Shown here: piece by piece, positions 33,142 through 40,443 of the stretch | Position numbering within the stretch: position 1 is the stretch's first letter | How the letters are laid out: every line of letters begins with the position of its first letter | Source of the DNA: an uncultured Gammaproteobacteria bacterium | GTDB taxonomy: Bacteria > Patescibacteriota > Microgenomatia > Levybacterales > UBA12049 | Assembly (NCBI GenBank): GCA_964613075.1 | Contig: CAZTFV010000001.1 | Span: forward strand, 23,521-63,963 | Direction: 5' to 3' | DNA: 40,443 nt | Made by a program: the position numbers and the translations under genes | Notes under the pieces: generated by a model | The model's database searches: none | What the model saw: the letters and a program-made list of their open reading frames with translations, nothing else | Told to the model about the DNA's origin: nothing

Positions 33142-34846
33142 AACAGTACTCTTTGCCATCATCATACTCGCCGCTATCCTACGACTGTTTAACCTCAACT
33201 GGGATCAAGGTTTTCACATGCACCCTGACGAGCGGGCAATCTTGCTATCCGTTGTGCAAATGAAGCTTCCCACCACAATATCGCAATTTCTGACACCCCA
33301 AAGCTCCTGGAATCCACATTTCTTCGCCTATGGCAGTTTGCCCTTCTACATACTACGTATTGCTGGAGATATTGCCGGATTTCTGCTGCATCCATCATTT
33401 GCCGCATATGACAGAATTAATCTCATCGGCAGGATACTATCAGCGTTATTTGACATCGGTACTATTGTATTGATTTTCTTACTCGGTAGAAAACTATTTT
33501 CCGAAACCATCGGGTTGCTGAGCAGCTTTTTCTATACCATAAGCGTTCTTGCCATTCAGCTCTCGCATTTTTACGCTGTTGATACGCTACTGACATTTCT
33601 TCTCACCGCTACATTGTTAATACTTGTTCATTTTTATGAAAAACCCACGGTAGCAAAGGCTATACTAATCGGGATCTTTTTTGCTGCCTCTCTTGCCACC
33701 AAAGTCAGTGCCACGGTTTTGCTTTCCGCAATCGGTATATCCCTCACTGTGGACTTTGCGTTAGTATTTCTCAAGCAACCGCATAAGATACATCATTGGT
33801 ACCCGCATCTCCCGTCATTTGTCAAACATTTGATCGGATATGGATGTATTATTGCGGTAACAACTGTTATCGGCTTCGCCTTTTTTGAACCATATGCATT
33901 CATCGATCGACAAAGCTTCTGGCAGCAAACACTTGAGCAATCCCGGATGACAAAAAGTGCTTTTACATTCCCGTATACTTTGCAATACATCGGGAAAACG
34001 CCGTATCTGTATGAGCTAAAAAACATTTTTTTCTTCGGACTTGGACCCATCCTTGCAACTCTTTCCTTTATCGGTGCGATCTATTTTACGTACCTGGCAA
34101 TAAAAAAAGAGGGGGAAAATCGTTGGGCGCAAGAAACAATTATCGCAACATTCTTCTTTACGTATTTTATCGTTGTAGGCAGTTTTGCCATCGGTTTCAT
34201 GCGCTATCTGCTCCCCCTCTACCCGCTCCTCTGCCTCTTCGCCGCAGTCCTCGTTTATAAACTCTATACAAGAATACACTCTTATAAAAACCGCTTCGCC
34301 TTTTTTATTTTTTATATTTTATTTTCTATATTACTTATGGTCTGGCCTGCATCCTTCATGCGTATTTACACAAAACCAAATACACGCGTTACAGCTTCCT
34401 ATTGGATTTATAACGCAATCCCACCAAATAGCATACTTGGTGTTGAGCACTGGGATGACCAATTACCTATCGGCGGCACAACACAGTATAAAATCGAAAC
34501 CCTTGCGCTTTATGATCAAGACACGCCGGAAAAATGGCAAAAAATAAATGAGCAACTCGCAAGAACCGACTATCTTATTATCGCCTCAAATAGACTTTAC
34601 ACGCCGCTTCAGAAACTTACCGATTGCAGGGTACTCCCAATAGATAGATGCTATACAAAAACAGCGAACTACTATAAAGACTTATTCAGCGGAAGGTTAG
34701 GATATAAAAAAGTTGCCGAGTTCACGTCGTATCCGACATTAGAAATTAGAAATTGGAAATTGGAAATTCAAGACGTTGGAGCGGACGAATCTTTCACCGT
34801 CTACGACCATCCCAAAGTTATTATCTTCAAAAAACAACCCTTATGA
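33125..34846 (+). CDS. GT39/ArnT-like (PMT_2 family) membrane glycosyltransferase
   Basis: 573 aa, polytopic, with a conserved HPDE loop after TM1. Paralogous to the neighbouring genes. Confidence 0.8.
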   Translation: MKISNKTVLFAIIILAAILRLFNLNWDQGFHMHPDERAILLSVVQMKLPTTISQFLTPQSSWNPHFFAYGSLPFYILRIAGDIAGFLLHPSFAAYDRINLIGRILSALFDIGTIVLIFLLGRKLFSETIGLLSSFFYTISVLAIQLSHFYAVDTLLTFLLTATLLILVHFYEKPTVAKAILIGIFFAASLATKVSATVLLSAIGISLTVDFALVFLKQPHKIHHWYPHLPSFVKHLIGYGCIIAVTTVIGFAFFEPYAFIDRQSFWQQTLEQSRMTKSAFTFPYTLQYIGKTPYLYELKNIFFFGLGPILATLSFIGAIYFTYLAIKKEGENRWAQETIIATFFFTYFIVVGSFAIGFMRYLLPLYPLLCLFAAVLVYKLYTRIHSYKNRFAFFIFYILFSILLMVWPASFMRIYTKPNTRVTASYWIYNAIPPNSILGVEHWDDQLPIGGTTQYKIETLALYDQDTPEKWQKINEQLARTDYLIIASNRLYTPLQKLTDCRVLPIDRCYTKTANYYKDLFSGRLGYKKVAEFTSYPTLEIRNWKLEIQDVGADESFTVYDHPKVIIFKKQPL

Positions 34847-36396
34847 GAACTATCATCCTTCTAATATTACTACTGCTTCTCGCTGGATTCCTGCGGTTTT
34901 ACCACCTCGATACAATCCCTCCGGGTCTTCACGGTGATGAAGCAGAATGGGGACTGATAGAACAAAAAATTAACCGCGGTGAGTATGAAAGTTTTTTTTC
35001 ACTGGGAAAGACAGGACAGTTTTTTGATTTTTCTGTTCTGAGTTATTTTGTGCAGGGGCTTTTTTTGCGGGTATTTGGCGATACGATCTTTGCTATCCGC
35101 TCCTCATCAGCATTTGCCGCAACACTCACTGTTATTGCATTTTATTTTCTAGCGTCGCGTTTTTTCAAACACCGACTGACTGTTGTCTTAACAACGCTTG
35201 CCCTAGCAACATCTCATTGGCACATAGCTTACAGTCGCCTTGCGATACTCAATATATGGACGCCACTTTTTCTCGTCGTACTGTTTGCACTATTTCTCAA
35301 AGCACTAGACACAAAAAAAACTATCTACTTTGTCCTTTCCGGTGTTGTGCTTGGTTTATCACTCTACTTTCATCACACTGTCAAAGCGATACCTATTATC
35401 CTTGGTCTGTTCAGTATCTTTTATTGTATAGAGCATCGAAAACAGCACGTAAAACGTCTTTTTGTTCATCTTTCGCTTGTCATCATCATCGCAGTTATTG
35501 TTTTTTCACCCCAAGCATGGTATTACATTACCCATCCTGACACATTTTCTCCAAGATTAAACGAAGTTTCTATTTTCAATCATCTCCCAACCTATTTCGA
35601 CCGCTACGAAGTCTCAAGTATTCCTGAAGTATTGTTCTGGCAATTCATCAATACTATCAAGGTATTTCATTTCGGCGGAGATATCGGCTATCTGTTTTAT
35701 GGCTATCAGGGAGGGCTACTCGCGCCGATTGTTGCTAGCCTTGCGCTTGTCGGATTGCTCATAGCATTTGCTACCTTTAAATCTGATCGGTCACAACTGC
35801 TTATTGTGTGGTTTTTCTCCATCATCATTTTCGGCGGCGTTCTTACTGTCGATCCTCCCTCAAGCCAGCGATTAGTCGGTGTAATTCCCGTTCTTTTCCT
35901 CTTTGCCGGCCTTACTATTGAACGCTTGCTCTCCTACAAGAAGGCAGTTTTCCTTCTTGCAGTTCTTTTTCTGATTAATGCCGTTTGGGATTACCACATT
36001 TATTTCAACAACTACATCCGTTCTCAAGCAGGCTGGGCGCAGCGGGAACCGGCAACGCAGATTGCGTACTATTTACAAGCCTTAGGGCCAGGGTGGAAAG
36101 TTTATATGTTGCGGGAAAATACCTGGCTGTATTTTAAACATGGAACTATACGGTTTATAAATCCACAGCTTGAAGGAATAGATGTAGAAGATTCAAGCAC
36201 GGTGATACCACTTAAAGAAAGTGCTGAGAAAAATATTGTATTTATTATGCCACCTTTTTCGCCATCTCTTAAGAAGCTACAACGAGTATATCCCGACGGC
36301 AAAACGCTTCGTTTTTATAATCCCATCGGCAATACGCCATCGTTCGTAAGTTACGAAATATCGCGGAGATCCTTTTTAAAAAGTGTGCTACAATAA
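34844..36396 (+). CDS. GT39/ArnT-like (PMT_2 family) membrane glycosyltransferase
   Basis: I start at the ATG at 34844 (MRTIILLILLLLLAGFLRFYHLDTIPPGLHGDEAEW), which forms an ATGA overlap with the previous stop. The longer ORF-track start would overlap the previous gene by 94 nt. Confidence 0.8.
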
Positions 36397-36402
36397 GCTT
36401 TT

Positions 36403-37434
36403 ATGAGGGTATTTATAACCGGTGGTGCCGGTTTTTTAGGCGTTCACCTCTGTCGCAGGTTTTTAAAAAACGGTCATCAGGTAACTGTTTTTGATATCGC
36501 CGACTTGGATGCAAAAGACCTTATCGGTCGCGTAAAAATGATAAAGGCAGACATACGGGACAAAAAAGCAATCACGGATGCGATAAAAGGACATGAGTAT
36601 GTCGTCCATGCTGCCGCAGCATTACCGATCCAACGCAGCAAAAAAGCAATCTTCAGCGTCAACATTGACGGAACAAGAAATGTCCTTGATGCGGCACTCA
36701 GGCATAAAGTAAAACGGCTCGTCTTTATCTCCACAACCGCAGTCTATGGTGTCCCCAAATATCTCCCCGAAAAAGAAGACAGCCCGATTGACCCCATCGG
36801 CTACTACGGTCAATCAAAAGTTGCAGCGGAAAACCTCTGCCGAGAGTATAATGCAAAAGGGTTGCAGACAAATATACTGCGTCCCAAATCCTTCCTAGGC
36901 CCTGAGCGCCTGGGTGTGTTTGAAATCTGGTTTGAAGCAATCTATCAGGGACACCGAGTCTTTATCCTCGGCAATGGAAAAAATAAATATCAGTTACTTG
37001 CAGTATCGGATGTGGCATCTGCTGTTGAAAAAGCTCTAACCAGTAAGATACATGGTGAAACCTTCAATATCGGAGCCAAAATATTCCAGACCTGGCGAAA
37101 AGATTTAGAATCAGTTATCAAACATGAAAAATCCTCAGCAAAAGTCACCGGCTTACCGGTACTGCCTGCACAGGTCACACTCATGCTTCTTGAATGGCTG
37201 AATCTCTCCCCACTCTCTGCCTGGCATTACAAAACAATGCCTGTCCCATCCTACGTCTCAATTGAGAAAGCAGAAAAGCTTCTGAAATGGCACCCAACAC
37301 AGTCCAATCAAGAACTACTGCTCGAAAGTTATCTTTGGTATAAAGAAAATAGAAAGAAGGTGCTCAATAAAATCGGCAAAACCCACAGAGTAGGGTGGAA
37401 CTTTAAGATACTAAATCTCATATCTCGACTGTAA
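36403..37434 (+). CDS. NAD-dependent epimerase/dehydratase (SDR family)
   Basis: 343 aa, VFITGGAGFLGVHLCRRF (GxxGxxG) and YGQSKVAAE (YxxxK). Confidence 0.88.
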   Translation: MRVFITGGAGFLGVHLCRRFLKNGHQVTVFDIADLDAKDLIGRVKMIKADIRDKKAITDAIKGHEYVVHAAAALPIQRSKKAIFSVNIDGTRNVLDAALRHKVKRLVFISTTAVYGVPKYLPEKEDSPIDPIGYYGQSKVAAENLCREYNAKGLQTNILRPKSFLGPERLGVFEIWFEAIYQGHRVFILGNGKNKYQLLAVSDVASAVEKALTSKIHGETFNIGAKIFQTWRKDLESVIKHEKSSAKVTGLPVLPAQVTLMLLEWLNLSPLSAWHYKTMPVPSYVSIEKAEKLLKWHPTQSNQELLLESYLWYKENRKKVLNKIGKTHRVGWNFKILNLISRL

Positions 37435-37471
37435 TACTTAATACTAAATACTTAATACTTTATACTCTCTT

Positions 37472-38008
37472 ATGAACATCGCCTTTGATCTTGACAAAAT
37501 ATTTATCAACTACCCACCCTTCATTCCTGAAAGCCTGATCAATAGGTTATACAGGAAAAAAGTCAATGGCACACTCATCTATCGCATCCCCTCCAAGCCA
37601 GAACAGTTGATCCGTAAAGTATCCCATCTCCATTACTTCCGCCCCCCTATCAGAAAAAATATCGATATACTCAAATCCCTGCAGAAAAAAAACAATAAAT
37701 TTTTTCTTATCTCAAGCAGATATAAATTCCTGGAAAAACTTACGGATAGCATAGTAAAGCGAAACGGGCTACAGAGCATATTTGACGGCATGTTCTTTAA
37801 TTTCAAAGACAAACAACCGCATGTCTTCAAAGACGAAATAATTAAAAAGCTAAACATTGATCGCTATGTTGATGATGATCTCTACCTTTTAAAATTTGTT
37901 GCACAAAGCAATCCAAAAACCGTATTTTACTGGCTCAACAAAACTATTCATAAACCGCTAGCGAGGAATCTCTTCGCAATCACCAACATTTCTGAGATAA
38001 TGAAATAA
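37472..38008 (+). CDS. hypothetical protein (possibly HAD-like; N-terminal FDLDK motif)
   Basis: 178-aa ORF with host-like composition, lying in an operon with the glycosylation genes. The functional call is weak. Confidence 0.55.
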   Translation: MNIAFDLDKIFINYPPFIPESLINRLYRKKVNGTLIYRIPSKPEQLIRKVSHLHYFRPPIRKNIDILKSLQKKNNKFFLISSRYKFLEKLTDSIVKRNGLQSIFDGMFFNFKDKQPHVFKDEIIKKLNIDRYVDDDLYLLKFVAQSNPKTVFYWLNKTIHKPLARNLFAITNISEIMK

Positions 38009-38017
38009 TTCCAGACC

Positions 38018-40342
38018 ATGAACGTAAGCGATATTGCCTATATTCTTCAATGGTGGTTGTTTCTCTTAGGTATAGGGTTAATTTTTCTGCCTGTCACGAC
38101 AAAAATATTCCCGTTGTTCTTTGACAAGGGATATAGTCTTGCCAAAATATTTGGCACAGCCGTTATAGCTTATCTTGTGTTCATTCTGGGACTGAGCCAT
38201 ATCTTGCCATTAAGCAGATTAACGGTGTTACTCGTACTCTTCGCTCTGCTGGGGTTGTATTTTTTAAAAAGTTTTATACATCCTAAAAAGACTACAGAAA
38301 GCACGAATACTTTTATTGAGACAATAAAGAGAGCCTGGCCGATCTTTTTTTTCGAAGAACTCCTTTTTCTAGCCGGATTATTTTTTTGGGCACACATCCG
38401 CTCATTTTCACCCGACATCCACGGACTTGAGAAATTCATGGATTACGGATTTATTAACTCAATGCTCCGCGCTGAGTATTTTCCGCCCAAAGATATGTGG
38501 CTAACACCCTATGCGATCAATTACTACTACTTCGGCCACCTGACAGCTGCCGTTCTTACCAAACTGACAAATATTCCCTCAAACATTTCCTACAACCTCA
38601 TGCTGGCAACGGTTTTTTCGTTTTGTTTGACTGCCAGTTTTTCAATTGCTGCAACATTGGCATCGCGCCTTTTCTCCCTCCCGCCCAGACGTAATAATCT
38701 AAAAATAATTATCTCCGGTCTATTGACCGCCTTTCTCGTAACGCTCTCAGGTAATTTACATACTATCTACACGCTCTTCAAACCGTATGAAAATGAACAC
38801 CCAGTTCCTCCTTGGCAACTCGCCTTCTCTCCATTTACTTTTCCCAACGGTTACTGGTACCCAAATGCCACGCGCTTCATCTACAACACAATCCATGAAT
38901 TTCCTATCTATTCCTGGGTCGTGGCAGATCTGCATGGACATGTCTTTGATATACCGTATGTGCTACTCACGATTGCTGTACTCCTGTCTCTATTTCTAAA
39001 ATTCCAAGCACCAAATAACAAATCACAAATAAATACTAATGAACGAAATTCCAAACGTTTTTTAATATTTAAATTTGATTTTTGGAGCTTATTTGGAAAT
39101 TGGCATTTGGCCTCGCCCCGAGGCTCGGCCCGAGGGGAATTTGGTCACTTACTGCTAGTAAGTTTCTTACTAGCAGTCATGTATATGACCAATGCTTGGG
39201 ATGGATTTATCTATTTCCTTCTTACCGGCCTGGTACTTTTTTCAGTAGCACTACTCCATCGAAATACAGAAAAGTCATTTTCCGGACTTCTGCAAGCCTT
39301 ACTTGGGATAATACCCGCAATGCTTGTTGTCGGCGTCGCATTTATTCTTTTTTCACTTCCTTTCTCTTTCAATTTTAAGCCGTTTGTTTCAGGCATCGGC
39401 GTTCTCTGCGCGCCCAAATTCTTAACTTCCATGGAGAAAATAGGGCCGCTGCTTTTTGAAGCCAATCATTGTCAAAAATCACCTCTCTGGCAACTGCTTA
39501 TCCTCTACGGCTTCTTCTATTTCTTCATAGCGTCATTTATGCTATTTATTCTCAGAACCACCAAGCTTCATCGAAGCGATCTGTTTGTCCTTATCCTTAT
39601 CGTACTTGGAACGTTCCTCATTGTTATTCCGGAATTTTTATATGTAAAAGACATTTACCCTGCGCACTATCGAGCCAATACGATGTTCAAGCTCGTGTTC
39701 CAATCTTTCATCATGCTCAGCATTGCATCAGGATACATAATCATCCGATTAATATCAAATATTACATATCAATCCGCCAACTGGCGGACAAAAATATTTA
39801 ATATTTCATCTGTATTTTTACTTTTTACTTTTTTATTTTTACTATTAGTGTTTATCTATCCTCGCCTAGCTATCTCTTCCTACTATGGCGATCTGAAAAC
39901 CTACTACGGTCTTGACGGAACAAAATATCTCAAAACACTCTATCCGGAAGATTACGCTGCGATCAACTGGCTGAACCAAAACATACAGGGTCAACCGGTT
40001 ATTCTGGAAGCGCAAGGGGACTCATACACTGATCATGCCCGCATCTCCAGCAACACCGGCCTTCCGACAGTCCTTGGCTGGACAGTGCATGAATGGTTGT
40101 GGCGCGGGAAGTATGATGGGGGAGTGGACGCACCTGCTCCAAGAATCGGTGAGATTCAAAAAATGTATGAAAGCGATAATCTTAGCGAAACCAAAAAGCT
40201 ACTTGATAAATACGGCGTTGAATATGTCTACATCGGGGGGCTAGAACGACAAAAATATCCAAATATTAACGAAGAAAAATTCAACCAACTAGGAAAAGTT
40301 ATCTACCAAACCGGCGATACAAAAATATACCTACTCAACTAA
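38018..40342 (+). CDS. DUF2298 ('chlor_Arch_YYY') family integral membrane protein
   Basis: 774 aa, polytopic. It carries the family-defining segment FMDYGFINSMLRAEYFPPKDMWLTPYAINYYYFGHL (the YYY motif) and a conserved C-terminal soluble domain (TVLGWTVHEWLWRG). Confidence 0.85.
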   Translation: MNVSDIAYILQWWLFLLGIGLIFLPVTTKIFPLFFDKGYSLAKIFGTAVIAYLVFILGLSHILPLSRLTVLLVLFALLGLYFLKSFIHPKKTTESTNTFIETIKRAWPIFFFEELLFLAGLFFWAHIRSFSPDIHGLEKFMDYGFINSMLRAEYFPPKDMWLTPYAINYYYFGHLTAAVLTKLTNIPSNISYNLMLATVFSFCLTASFSIAATLASRLFSLPPRRNNLKIIISGLLTAFLVTLSGNLHTIYTLFKPYENEHPVPPWQLAFSPFTFPNGYWYPNATRFIYNTIHEFPIYSWVVADLHGHVFDIPYVLLTIAVLLSLFLKFQAPNNKSQINTNERNSKRFLIFKFDFWSLFGNWHLASPRGSARGEFGHLLLVSFLLAVMYMTNAWDGFIYFLLTGLVLFSVALLHRNTEKSFSGLLQALLGIIPAMLVVGVAFILFSLPFSFNFKPFVSGIGVLCAPKFLTSMEKIGPLLFEANHCQKSPLWQLLILYGFFYFFIASFMLFILRTTKLHRSDLFVLILIVLGTFLIVIPEFLYVKDIYPAHYRANTMFKLVFQSFIMLSIASGYIIIRLISNITYQSANWRTKIFNISSVFLLFTFLFLLLVFIYPRLAISSYYGDLKTYYGLDGTKYLKTLYPEDYAAINWLNQNIQGQPVILEAQGDSYTDHARISSNTGLPTVLGWTVHEWLWRGKYDGGVDAPAPRIGEIQKMYESDNLSETKKLLDKYGVEYVYIGGLERQKYPNINEEKFNQLGKVIYQTGDTKIYLLN

Positions 40343-40443
40343 TATTGTTACTGCGGGGCTGTTGGGGCAACGGCGCAATTTACCGTCCTTATCTCACAAT
40401 CCACAAATTCCTGTATCTCAGTATAATTTCCATTCCCCGATCG

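Overview
Low-GC bacterial window (a hand count of 27061-27120 gives 27/60 G+C). It is probably a CPR/Patescibacteria-type genome, because there is no L30 gene between rpsE and rplO. Positions 1-21117 on the minus strand carry the translation super-operon: rpmJ (partial), infA, map, a P-loop kinase, adk, secY, then rplO back through rpsJ, then tuf and fusA. A 4.8-kb block lies between tuf and fusA, holding a GH18-like protein, a DipZ-like protein, a thioredoxin, a small membrane protein and an HTH regulator. A RelE/ParE-RelB/DinJ toxin-antitoxin pair sits at 21250-21817. Positions 27036-40342 on the plus strand form a cell-envelope locus. It holds PilN/PilO-like genes, a sortase-signal surface protein, an FAD oxidoreductase, three tandem GT39/ArnT-like glycosyltransferases (the first one split), an epimerase and a DUF2298 'YYY' membrane protein. 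The standout is 22067-26764. This is a strongly GC-rich block (22261-22320 is 46/60 G+C) cut into six ORF-sized cassettes of 0.4-0.95 kb by six copies of an AT-rich (39/102 G+C) nested-palindrome repeat of 102-112 bp. Four copies are identical, and two copies are in flipped orientation. The layout resembles an integron cassette array without an integrase (CALIN-like). However, the repeat ends do not match the attC core consensus, no recombinase or cas gene is in the window, and the cassette ORFs belong to no family I recognise. I consider it the candidate novel system. Secondary oddities are a dispersed GC-rich hairpin repeat that also sits inside coding sequence, a structured ~165-bp insertion splitting a GT39 gene, and extensions on several ribosomal proteins. 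No tRNA, rRNA or CRISPR array was seen.
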